Assembly: GCA_031401505.1 (NCBI GenBank)
Contig: JANNRO010000297.1
Location: 1 to 36,760 of the forward strand
Length of the DNA stretch: 36,760 bases
Direction of reading: 5' to 3'
Source: Planctomycetia bacterium
Lineage (GTDB): Bacteria; Planctomycetota; PLA2; JAEUHO01
Of the stretch, positions 16,770 through 26,400 are shown one piece after another (position 1 is the first letter of the stretch; each line of letters begins with the position of its first letter). Position numbers and translations under genes: made by a program. The notes below the pieces were generated by a model, which was not told where the DNA came from, made no database searches, and saw only the letters and a list, made by a program, of their open reading frames with translations.

Positions 16770-17582
16770 CTACTGCGGCAACTGGATGCCGAACCAGTCG
16801 AGGTCGATCCCCTCGAGCGTGCTGCGCTGCCCCTCGTCGAGGTAGTTCTTGGTCGACTCCTTGACGCGCTGGACGAGCGTGATCGCGTGCTCCATGTACG
16901 TCTCTTCCGAGTCGGGGATCTTCATCTTGAAGAGCTTCAGGAAGATCTCGGTCTTCTTCGTGCTGCCCTCGGGGTACTGGTCGGCCTGCGCGATCTCCTC
17001 GAGGGGAACCGACCCGTCGGCGCGAGGCACCTGGAGGATCTGGAACAGCTCGGTCTGGATGGCGCGGACGTCGGCGTCCATGCGCCGACCCTGCGCTTCG
17101 GTCAGCGACAGCACCTTCGCCAACTGCTCGAACTTGGGCTTCTTGGGGATCAGGGGCCCGGCGGCCTTCTTCAACGTGTCGCGGAACTTCGTCTCGAGCG
17201 CGTAGCGATCGAGCACCGCACGCACCGAATCCTCGAAGCCGGGCTTTTCGATGAACTTCGCCGAAGAGGCCTCCGCCGCGACGCCCGCGGGACCGTCGGA
17301 CGCGAGGATCGTGGCGACGAGTTTGTCGTGATCGGCTCGCAGCGTCTTGTTCTCGGTCTCGGCGACGGCGAGTCGGCGCGACAGGACCGTCAGTTCCTTG
17401 GCGCCCCCGAGATCGCTCGATCCCGGCGTCGATTCCGCGGCAGGATCGGACGACGACGGCGACTTTTCGGCATCCACCTTCGAGAGGCGATCGAATACGT
17501 CGTTCTGACGGACGAGGACGACACCCAGCCCGGTTCCGAGGACGGCCCAGGCGATCACGTGCGCGGCGACAGGTAGCGGCAT
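16770..17582 (-). CDS. Membrane-anchored coiled-coil hypothetical protein
   Basis: GAAGGAG SD, N-terminal TM segment, coiled coil LSRRLAVAETENKTLRADHDKL, Lys/Glu-rich helical remainder. Confidence 0.8.
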   Translation of the reverse strand: MPLPVAAHVIAWAVLGTGLGVVLVRQNDVFDRLSKVDAEKSPSSSDPAAESTPGSSDLGGAKELTVLSRRLAVAETENKTLRADHDKLVATILASDGPAGVAAEASSAKFIEKPGFEDSVRAVLDRYALETKFRDTLKKAAGPLIPKKPKFEQLAKVLSLTEAQGRRMDADVRAIQTELFQILQVPRADGSVPLEEIAQADQYPEGSTKKTEIFLKLFKMKIPDSEETYMEHAITLVQRVKESTKNYLDEGQRSTLEGIDLDWFGIQLPQ

Positions 17583-17698
17583 GGCGGGAACTCCTTCGCG
17601 AGAGGGTACCGCAGCACGCCTCGCGAGGTTTCAAGGGGGCGCTCGCCCCCCCTCCCCACACCCCTTCCCCGTCCGACCGCCGCCTGAGCATCCGGCCG

Positions 17699-18787
17699 CT
17701 ATCCGGTGATCTCGAGCGTCGCCGGTTTGGGCTTCTTCAGGTTGATGATGCTGACCTGACGCGCCATTTCGCCCGCCACGAATCGGAACGCCTGCTTGAC
17801 CTGGGGCGGCGTCGCCGGGTCAACCAGCGCAGGCATCCCCGCGTCCCCGCCGACCCGTACCTGCGCATGGAGCGGGATGGCGCCGAGAAACGGGATGCCC
17901 TCCTTTTCGGCCCACGCCTGCGCGCCCCCGTGGCCGAAAATGTCGTCTCGCTCGCCGCAATGCGGGCATGCATAGAACGACATGTTCTCGACGAGCCCGA
18001 GGATCGGAATCTTCAGTTGACGGAACATGCCGACGGCCTTGCGGACGTCGAGAAGCGCCACGTCCTGCGGCGTGCAGACGACGACCGCACCGGTCACGGG
18101 AATCGTCTGTGCCAGCGTCAGCGGGACGTCGCCCGTGCCCGGAGGCAGATCGATCACGAGGTAGTCGAGCGCACCCCAGACGACGTCGCCCAGGAACTGA
18201 CGGATGGCGGTGTGAACGATCGGCCCGCGCCAGACGACCGGCTTGTCGGGGTCGAGGATCAACCCCATCGACATCATCTTCAATCCGTGCGCCTCGTTGG
18301 GATGGATTGCCTTCCCGTCAGGCGAGGTCGGCCGCTTTTCGTTGCCGAGCATCTTCGGGATCGAGGGGCCGTAGACGTCGGCGTCCATCAACCCGACGGC
18401 GGCACCCGTCTCGAGCAGCGCCGCCGCGAGATTGACCGCGACGGTGGACTTTCCGACCCCGCCCTTGCCGGCCCCCACCGCGATGAAGTTCTTGACCTGC
18501 GGAGCCAGATCGCCGGCCATCGGCAGCCGACCGCTGCCCTTGACTTGCGCCGTCATCTCGGCCGTCACGCGCAGGACGCCGGGAATCCGGGCGACGACGT
18601 CCTCGGCCTGCTTCTTCAATTGCTCTTTCACGGGGCAGGCGGGGGTCGTCAATTCGATCTTCATCGTGACGTTGCCACCGTCGATCACGACGGCCTTGAC
18701 GAAGCCGAGCGTCACGATGTCGACGCCCAGGTCGGGGTCCATGACGGCCTTCAACGCCGAGCGGACGGCTGCTTCGGTGACCGGCAT
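17699..18787 (-). CDS. apbC: Mrp/NBP35 (ApbC) iron-sulfur cluster carrier ATPase
   Basis: N-terminal DUF59-like DPDLGVDIVTLG..TTPACP, GKGGVGKST, DADVYGPS, DLPPGTGD and ENMSFYACPHC. Confidence 0.95.
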   Translation of the reverse strand: MPVTEAAVRSALKAVMDPDLGVDIVTLGFVKAVVIDGGNVTMKIELTTPACPVKEQLKKQAEDVVARIPGVLRVTAEMTAQVKGSGRLPMAGDLAPQVKNFIAVGAGKGGVGKSTVAVNLAAALLETGAAVGLMDADVYGPSIPKMLGNEKRPTSPDGKAIHPNEAHGLKMMSMGLILDPDKPVVWRGPIVHTAIRQFLGDVVWGALDYLVIDLPPGTGDVPLTLAQTIPVTGAVVVCTPQDVALLDVRKAVGMFRQLKIPILGLVENMSFYACPHCGERDDIFGHGGAQAWAEKEGIPFLGAIPLHAQVRVGGDAGMPALVDPATPPQVKQAFRFVAGEMARQVSIINLKKPKPATLEITG

Positions 18788-18844
18788 GAATCGACCTCGA
18801 GTCCCGACACGGGACTGCCCAGACTACGTACCCGGCGCGAAGGG

Positions 18845-18897
18845 TTTTTCCCGAAAGTGCCCGACACATCCACGGATCAGGGCACTTCCGAGAAAAA
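18845..18897. repeat. Imperfect 18-bp inverted repeat with 17-nt spacer between elbB and apbC
   Basis: TTTTTCCCGAAAGTGCCC-N17-GGGCACTTCCGAGAAAAA, 16/18 Watson-Crick pairs. Confidence 0.8.
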
Positions 18898-19566
18898 CTA
18901 CGTCCCGCGAGCGAGCGCCAGCACCTCGGCGATGCACTTGTCGATCCCCGTCGCGATGTCCTTCAACCGCGCGCCGTACATGTAGGCGGGCGTGGACACG
19001 ATCCGGTTCTCGCGGTCCACGACGAAGTTCTCGACGGCGCAGTCCTCGTGAACCGCGCCGCAGGCCTCGATCGCCGCCGCCGTGCCCTGGTCGTTGCCGA
19101 TCGTCAGCTTCGGGTGCGCGAATCCGAGCGCCTTCGCGACGACCGCCGGCGCGATGCAGATCGCCCCGATCGGCTTCTTCGCCGCATGCATGTCGCGCAG
19201 GATGCGCGCCACGTCGGCGTTGACCGTCGCGTCCTTCCCCTTCGACGCGAACGTCGAGAGGTTCATGGCCGCGCCGAAGCCTCCGGGAAGGACGAGCGCG
19301 TCCAGATCCCTCGCCTGAGCCTTCTTCACGTCCTCGATTTTCCCACGCGCGATGCGGGCCGACTCGACCAGCACGTTGCGCTTCTCGCCCGGTCGGGGCT
19401 CTCCTCGCAAGTGGTCGATCACCACCGCCTGCTCGACGTCGGGCGCGAAGCAGCGCACGTCGGCGCCCGCCCGGTCGAGCGCCAGCAGCGCGAGCACCGC
19501 CTCGCGAATCTCCGCCCCGTCCTTGAATCCGCAGCCCGACAGGATTACGCCGACGGTCAACGCCAT
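18898..19566 (-). CDS. elbB: ElbB/ES1-type glyoxalase (DJ-1/PfpI superfamily)
   Basis: LSGCGFKDGAEIREAV, RNVLVESARIARG, PGGFGAAMNL, CIAP and STPAYM motifs. Confidence 0.93.
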   Translation of the reverse strand: MALTVGVILSGCGFKDGAEIREAVLALLALDRAGADVRCFAPDVEQAVVIDHLRGEPRPGEKRNVLVESARIARGKIEDVKKAQARDLDALVLPGGFGAAMNLSTFASKGKDATVNADVARILRDMHAAKKPIGAICIAPAVVAKALGFAHPKLTIGNDQGTAAAIEACGAVHEDCAVENFVVDRENRIVSTPAYMYGARLKDIATGIDKCIAEVLALARGT

Positions 19567-19586
19567 GGAGGCCTCCGCTCCGGAGC

Positions 19587-19946
19587 CTACGAAGCGGAAG
19601 ACGACCCCGCAACCGGCGCGGGCGGCTTCGGATGCGGCGCCATGAAGACGAGGAGCCGCAGGTCGTCGCGTCCCGTGTTCTCGACGCCGTGATCGCTCGT
19701 CGCCGGGCACAACACCGCGTGGCCCGTGCGCACCTCGTGGCGATCGGCCCCGACGCGGATCGCCCCCGACCCGGACAACACGGCGTAGACCTTGTCGGAC
19801 GCGGCGTGAGCGTGCGGCGACTGCGCCTGACCCGGCCTCAACACGTAGACGTCGCAGAAGAACCTCGACGTCTCGAACAGGTTCACCTTCCGCAACTTGT
19901 CGGGGGAACCGTCCGTGATGGCGGCGAAATCGCGAATGAGGTCCAC
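19587..19946 (-). CDS. Cupin domain protein
   Basis: LRPGQAQSPHAHAASDKVYAVLSGSG and PATSDHGVEN. GTG start with GGAG SD. Confidence 0.88.
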   Translation of the reverse strand: MDLIRDFAAITDGSPDKLRKVNLFETSRFFCDVYVLRPGQAQSPHAHAASDKVYAVLSGSGAIRVGADRHEVRTGHAVLCPATSDHGVENTGRDDLRLLVFMAPHPKPPAPVAGSSSAS

Positions 19947-20067
19947 GGGGGACTCCAGGCAGAGGTGAGTCGGAGGGCTTGTCCGGCCCGAATCAGGCCA
20001 GGGACGGGGAGGGGGCGGCGGGGGAGGGGCGCGAACCGGACAAAGGTCCCGGGGGTAGACTTCCGAC

Positions 20068-20727
20068 ATGGCACAAGCCGCCACCGGCCCGACCGCCATC
20101 ATCCTCGCCGCGGGCGCGTCCAAACGCCTCGGGAAGGACAAACTGCTCGTCGAGCTCGGCGGCGTACCGATGCTCCAGCGCACGGTCAGTTGCTACACGA
20201 AGTCGGTCAAGGTCGGCGACGTGCTGGTCGTCGTCGGGCCCGGACAGAAGCAGAATTGGGCGTGGCTCTCGAGCTTGCGCGTCCACCTCGTCGAGAACCC
20301 CGATCCGTCGAAGGGGATGATCTCGTCGATCCGCGCCGGGCTCGACTCGGCGTGGGCGAAGAACCGCGACTTCCTGATCGCGCCCGCCGACGTGCCGTTC
20401 GTGCCGTCGGAGGTCATCGACAAGCTGGTCGTCGATTTCCGGACGCGCTCGCCCGAGATCCTGATCCCGACCTACAAGGGGCTGGGCGGTCACCCGGGAA
20501 TCTTCTCGGCGTCGCTGCGCGACGATTTCTACATGCACGGCGACACGAGCGGGGCGAAGGAGGTCCTGCTGCGCCACCGCGCGAAGACGACGCGGATCGC
20601 GGTCTTCGACAGCGACATCTGCTTCGACGTGGACACCGAGGAAGACGTCCGCATCGCGATGGACACCGGCGCTCGATGGGCGCGCGTCGAAGCCGACGCC
20701 GAGGCGAAGGACATGCAGCGGTTGTAG
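20068..20727 (+). CDS. Nucleotidyltransferase, MocA/MobA-like (molybdenum cofactor cytidylyltransferase-like)
   Basis: IILAAGASKRLGKDKLL, NPDPSKGMISSIRAG, DVPFV, GHPGIF and DVDTEED motifs. Confidence 0.9.
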   Translation: MAQAATGPTAIILAAGASKRLGKDKLLVELGGVPMLQRTVSCYTKSVKVGDVLVVVGPGQKQNWAWLSSLRVHLVENPDPSKGMISSIRAGLDSAWAKNRDFLIAPADVPFVPSEVIDKLVVDFRTRSPEILIPTYKGLGGHPGIFSASLRDDFYMHGDTSGAKEVLLRHRAKTTRIAVFDSDICFDVDTEEDVRIAMDTGARWARVEADAEAKDMQRL

Positions 20728-20736
20728 GACGGAGAC

Positions 20737-22287
20737 CTACGCCTTCCTCACCGAGATGCTCTTCTGCTGGAGGAAGAGCCCGAGATAGTCCGGGCCGCCC
20801 GCCTTTGAGCAGGTGCCGCTCATGTCGAAGCCGCCGAAGGGCTGGGCGCCGACCAACGCGCCCGTGCACTTGCGATTGAGATAGAGATTGCCGACGTGGA
20901 AGCGCTTCTTCGCTTCCTCGAGACGCGCGGCGTCCTTCGAGAAGACCGCACCCGTCAGCCCGAATTCGGTCCCGTTCGCGATCGCGAGCGCGTCGTTCCA
21001 GTGCTTGGCGCGGATGACCGCGAGCACCGGCCCGAAGACCTCCTCCTGTGCGAGACGCGCCTTCGGCTGGATGTCGGCGACCACCGTCGGCGCCACGAAG
21101 TAGCCCGTCTCGCCGACGCGCGACCCGCCCGCGACGATGCGCCCCTCCTGGCGCCCCACCTCGATGTAGGCGAGCGTCTTCTCGAACTGCTCGGCACCCG
21201 TCAGCGGGCCCAGGTTCATCTCCACGTCGACCGGGTCCCCCACCTTCAACGCGTTGGTCTTGGCGACGATCTTCGCGAGCAGCGCGTCGTGGATGGAGTC
21301 GACGAGAATCGCGCGCGAACACGCCGAGCACTTCTGCCCCGAAAGCCCGAACGCCGACGTCACGATCGCCGTCGCCGCGGCATCGAGATCGGCGGTCTCG
21401 TCGACCACGATCGCGTCCTTGCCGCCCATCTCGGCGACCAGTCGCTTGATCCAACGCTGCCCCGGGCGCGTCTTGCCCGCCTCGGCGGCCAGGTGAAGCC
21501 CCACTTCCTTGCTGCCCGTGAACGAGACGAAGCGCGTCTTGGGATGCTCGACCATCGCCTGCCCGATCACGCGCCCGTGCCCGGAGATGAAGTTGACGAC
21601 GCCGCGGGGAAAACCGACGCCCTCCAACAACTCGAACAGTTTCCAGCCGATCGTCAGGCTCTGCTCGGCGGGCTTCATCACGACCGTGTTGCCCGCGACC
21701 AGCGCCGCCGTCGCCATGCCGCAGAGGATCGCCAGCGGGAAATTCCACGGCGGCAGGATCACGCCGACGCCGAGCGGCACGTAGTGCATCTCGTTCTGGT
21801 CTTCCGTCTGGACGACCGGAATCGGCTTCCCGTAGCGCAACCCCTCGCGCGCGTAGTACTCGAGGAAGTCGATCGCCTCGGCCGTGTCGCCGTCGGCTTC
21901 GCCCCAGGTCTTCCCCACCTCCTTGACCATCCACGCGCTGAAGTAGTGCTTGTCGCGGCGCATCCGGTCGGCCGCCTCGAAAAGCAGGTGCGCGCGATCG
22001 GCCCAAGGCGTCTCCGACCACGCGGGGAACGCGGCGCTCGCGGCCTCGATCGCCCGATTCGCCTCGGCGACGCCCGACTCGGGGAACACGCCGATCGCCT
22101 CCGAGGGGTCGGACGGGTTGTGCGTCGTCAGCACGGCGTCGCCGCCGCGCAGCCGCTCACCGTCGATGACGTTCCCATACCGTCGGCCCAGTTCGTCTTC
22201 GACACGCGTCAGCGCGTCGAGCATCGCGTGCTGGTTGGCCGGATCCTTGAAGTTGGTGAACGGCTCGTTGACGAAGGACTTCGGCAT
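20737..22287 (-). CDS. pruA: L-glutamate gamma-semialdehyde (1-pyrroline-5-carboxylate) dehydrogenase
   Basis: FVNEPFTNF, EAIDFLEYYAR, PPWNFP, FTGSKEVG, EMGGK, GQKCSACSR, EEVFGPV and GNLYLNRKCTGALVG motifs. Confidence 0.95.
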   Translation of the reverse strand: MPKSFVNEPFTNFKDPANQHAMLDALTRVEDELGRRYGNVIDGERLRGGDAVLTTHNPSDPSEAIGVFPESGVAEANRAIEAASAAFPAWSETPWADRAHLLFEAADRMRRDKHYFSAWMVKEVGKTWGEADGDTAEAIDFLEYYAREGLRYGKPIPVVQTEDQNEMHYVPLGVGVILPPWNFPLAILCGMATAALVAGNTVVMKPAEQSLTIGWKLFELLEGVGFPRGVVNFISGHGRVIGQAMVEHPKTRFVSFTGSKEVGLHLAAEAGKTRPGQRWIKRLVAEMGGKDAIVVDETADLDAAATAIVTSAFGLSGQKCSACSRAILVDSIHDALLAKIVAKTNALKVGDPVDVEMNLGPLTGAEQFEKTLAYIEVGRQEGRIVAGGSRVGETGYFVAPTVVADIQPKARLAQEEVFGPVLAVIRAKHWNDALAIANGTEFGLTGAVFSKDAARLEEAKKRFHVGNLYLNRKCTGALVGAQPFGGFDMSGTCSKAGGPDYLGLFLQQKSISVRKA

Positions 22288-22296
22288 CGCGATCTC

Positions 22297-22329
22297 CGGA
22301 CGCGGGTCCCGCGACGGGACCCGCGTCCG
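22297..22329. repeat. Perfect 15-bp hairpin in the EamA-pruA spacer
   Basis: CGGACGCGGGTCCCG-cga-CGGGACCCGCGTCCG. Confidence 0.85.
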
Positions 22330-22334
22330 ACACC

Positions 22335-23303
22335 CTACGCCTGCGCCCCGGGCTCGGCGCGTTCGTCACGGGCGGCGGCGGCGGGCTCGGCCGCGGCCAC
22401 GAGGCGCACGCCGAAGAAAATCAATGCCAGCGAGCCGAAGATCCACGGCGGGATCGACTCGCCCCCCACGAGCGCGCTCGCGACGACCGCCGTGACGGCG
22501 CTCGTCACGAGGAAGATCGCGTTGGTTCGCGCCGCACCCAGGATCTCGAGCGCCCGCAGGATCAAGTAGAGCGCGAAGCCGTAGCCGACGATCCCGACCG
22601 CGGCGCCGAGCGCGAGCGTCGCCCCATCGACCGCCGGCCACCACGTCCCCATCGACCCCGACGCGATCCACGCGATCGAGCCGCCGACGAGATTGTGCAC
22701 GACGACGATCGTGCGCGGATCGCGCGTGGAAACCGGTGCCATCAGGTTCGTGTCGAACGCCCACGCGAGGCACGCGAGGGCGATCCACACGACGCCCAGG
22801 AGCGGGGCGCCACCCCCGACCTCACCCCCACCCCGTGTCGCGAGCGCCGCGGTGAGGACCGCGCAACCGATCAGCGCCGCGGTGCCGATCATCCGCCGCC
22901 GCCCGAGACGTTCGCCGAAACAGACGACGGCGACGAGGACGCCGAATACGGCCTCGAGATTGACCAGCAGCGCCACGACGTGCGAGGGAAGGCGCGCGAG
23001 ACCGAGCACGTACGCGACCGGGGCGGCGATGCAGCCGATGAGGGCTGCGGCGACCACGAACCGGCGGTCCCTTGGGGTCAGGCGCCGCCCGAGCGAGGGA
23101 GGACGTACGAGCAGGAACGGCAGGAACACGACCCCCGACGCGACGTACAGCCATGCCGCCGCGAAGAGCGGGGGCATCGGAGGCGCGAGGGCGCGTTTGG
23201 CGTACGGGACGGTCGCGCCGAGCAGGACGCCGGCTGCCAGCGCATATCCCACGCCTCGACGTACGTCGATCCGGGGCGGGGAAGCGGAAGGGATCGGTTC
23301 CAT
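22335..23303 (-). CDS. EamA/DMT family transporter
   Basis: About 10 TM segments in two EamA repeats (NLEAVFGVLVAVVCFGERL; ALEILGAART..GESI). Start placed at ATG 23303. Confidence 0.88.
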   Translation of the reverse strand: MEPIPSASPPRIDVRRGVGYALAAGVLLGATVPYAKRALAPPMPPLFAAAWLYVASGVVFLPFLLVRPPSLGRRLTPRDRRFVVAAALIGCIAAPVAYVLGLARLPSHVVALLVNLEAVFGVLVAVVCFGERLGRRRMIGTAALIGCAVLTAALATRGGGEVGGGAPLLGVVWIALACLAWAFDTNLMAPVSTRDPRTIVVVHNLVGGSIAWIASGSMGTWWPAVDGATLALGAAVGIVGYGFALYLILRALEILGAARTNAIFLVTSAVTAVVASALVGGESIPPWIFGSLALIFFGVRLVAAAEPAAAARDERAEPGAQA

Positions 23304-23452
23304 TCGAAGCGTGCCGGGGGAAATGGCGTCGAGGTTCGTCCGTTCTACCGGGGTCGGACTCGGCGCTGGGATTCGGGATGGAGACCGGCGGGTATCGGGG
23401 TCGGACGTTGTCCCAAGAAACGCAGACCTGACAGGTATCCTTCGCCCCTCCC

Positions 23453-26400
23453 ATGGCCGCCCTTCTTCTACTGGCCGTGTGGCTCTCCGGCGCCGCCGCG
23501 CTGATCGCCGAGGTCGTCTGGTTTCGCGGGCTCGGTCGCGGCGTCGGAACGTCGGCGGAGGCGCTGGCCGTCGTCTCGGCCGCGTTCCTCGGCGGGCTCG
23601 GCATCGGCGCCGCGGTCGCAAGCCGCCGCGCCCCCAAAGCCCGGTTCCCGCTTCGCAGCGCCGCGTATTGCGAGGGCATCGCGGGCGTCCTCGTCTTCCT
23701 CTCGCCCTACGCGATCGCGCTCGTGCCCGGCGCCCACCTCGCCGTGCTCGCCGCGTTCGGACTCGAACCCGGTCGCTCGTCGTGGCCCGCCGCCCTCGTG
23801 GCCTTGCCGGTCCTGCTCCTGCCGACGGCGTTCCTCGGTGCGACGCTGCCGTTCCTCGTGCGCAGTGTCGTCACGACCGGCGTCGAGCACGCGGGGCGTT
23901 GGACCGGCTGGCTCTACGGAGTCAATACGATCGGCGCGTTGTGCGGGACGGGCAGCGCGGTCCTCTTTCTGCTGCCGAGCGTCGGAGAGATCCTCTCGCT
24001 GCGCGTCGCGAGCGGGTGCAATCTGCTCGCGGCGGCGTTGATCCTGATGGCGGAGCGGCCGTCGGACGCGAGCCCCGTCGCCGATTCGCCGCTACCCGGC
24101 GCCCTTCCTCCCCCGCCGCCCGCCACCATCCGACCGACGGGACCGCTCGGGGGCCGAATCCGTGCGTCCGTCCCGGAACTCGCGCTCTTCGCCTCGGGGC
24201 TCTTCGCGCTCGGGGCCGAAGTCGCGTGGTTTCGCCTGCTCGAACCGTTGACCGGCATCCATCTCTACGGCTTCGCGATTCTCTTGGGCGGCGTGCTCCT
24301 CGGGACGGCGTTCGGCGGCGCGATCGGCGGCATCGTCGCCGATCGGGTCAAGCGTCCCGATCTCGCGCTCTCGACCGTGCTCGCGGCGGCGGGCACCCTG
24401 ACGATCGCGTCCATCTGGGCCGCGGGCTGGGTTCCTTGGCTCGCCATGCGATCGGGGACGACGGCCGGAGAAGTCGCCAGGGCCGCGGGACAGTCGGCGG
24501 GTGACGTCTCGCGCTCGATATCGGAAGCTTTGTTCGCGACGCGCCTGTGCGTCGCGGCCCTCTGTGTGGCGCCCCCCCTCGCGGCCTTCGCGATGGCCTA
24601 CCCGCTGGCGGTGCGCGTGCGCGCCACCGATCCGGCGCGCGCCGCGGCGGCCGTGGGCTCGACGTACGCGTGGAACACGGCCGGCAACATGATCGGCAGC
24701 CTGCTGGCGGGCTTCCTGATCCTGCCCGCGGTCGGAGGACCGCGCACGCTGGCGATCTTCGGGGGCTTGGCGCTCGCGTCGGCGGTCGCGCTGCGATTGC
24801 TCGCCGAGCGCCCGCGCCGCGTGTGGCCGGCATGCGCGCCGCTCACGCTCCTGGCCCTGTTGGCGCTTCCCGGCACCGCCGAGCGCATCGATCTCGCGGG
24901 CCCGACGCTGCCCGAGGCGGTGGCGCTCGACCGCTTCAACGAGAGTTTTTTCATCCACTCCCGCGCCGACGCGGCGGCCTACGGCGAGCGATGGGGCGGT
25001 ACGTACCCGCGTCCCGCCGGTCGACCGCTCGCCGCCCCCGTGCTGCCGCGCGAGGGCGCGGTCAGCACGGTAGGCGTGCTTCAGGAGGGGCGCTGGGTGC
25101 GCCTGCGCCAGGGCGCGCTCTCCGAGTCGAGGATTCAGCCCGCCGACCCCGACGCCGGCTCGGAAACCGAGGTCGCACTGTCGCTCGTGCCCTACCTCGC
25201 CCACCCGAATCCGAAGAAGGCGCTCTGCATCGGTCACGGCGCGGGCTGGACGCCGGAGACGCTGATCACGACGCCGATGCCGTGGGTCGACGTGGCGGAG
25301 CTCGAATCGGCCGTGCTCGACGTGATCGAGGCGTATCGGGGCGGGCCGCTCCTCGTCCGATCGGCCCCGAACGCGCACCTCCACATCACGGACGGGCGCC
25401 TGATGCTCCGGCTCGCGGCCGCGAAGCCCGTCGGTGAGCGCTACGACGTGATCGTCTCGCAGCCGAGCCATCCGTGGGTCCCCGGCGCCGGTCACCTCTT
25501 CACACGGGAAGCCTATGCGCTGGCGCGCAGCGCGCTCAACGAGGGCGGCGTATTCTCCCAGTGGCTGAACGTCTTCAGCATGACCCGGGAGCTGCTCCAG
25601 ACCGCGCTCAAGGCCTGGTACGCGGTCTTCCCCGACTGCTGGGTGATGCGCTATCACGACGAACTGGTGCTGGTCGGCTTCACGGGGGCCTCGACGATCG
25701 ACGTCCCGCGCTGGACGAGCGAGATCACCTCGGGCGCCGTCGGAATCCGGGCCCGGGCGGCCGGCATCGACGAGCCCGCCGATCTGGTGCGACACATCGC
25801 CCTCGATGGCGAGGGGTTGGGGCGCATGCTCCCGACCGGATTCCCGCCGCCCGCGACCGACGACGATCCGCGACTCGAACTGGGTCTGGCTTGGGCGCGC
25901 TTCGCGGGCGTCGACGACGACACGCGCGAGAAGGAGAAGAACGCGATCTATGCCGACATCCAGGCGGGCTTCCCGGCGCACTTCGAGAAGATCATCCCGA
26001 ATCCCGGCGACCGCGACCAGTTGATGGCCGCCGTCGTCTGGGGTCTGCTCCGTTCGAACCAGCCCGACGAGGCCCGCCGCTGGTTGCGGGGCGGAGGACC
26101 GGTCGCGTTCGAGGGCGGCGTGCTCGGCAAGCGGGCCCGCGCGAAGGAATCGCTGATGACCGCCCGGACGACGGTCACCGATGCGACGCAGCGGTCCGCG
26201 CTCGAGCGTCGAGGCGTCGACCTGCTGCGGGCGGCACTGGCCGACGCGCCCGAGCATGCGGACGTCGCCGTCGAACTCGGCGAGGCCCTGCTCGATCAGG
26301 GTCGCAGCGACGAGGCCGCGAAGGAGCTGGCAGAGCCCTCGAAGCGCCATCCGAGCGACGGCCGCATCCTGGCGCTGCTCGGCCGGGCGTTGATCTCGAT

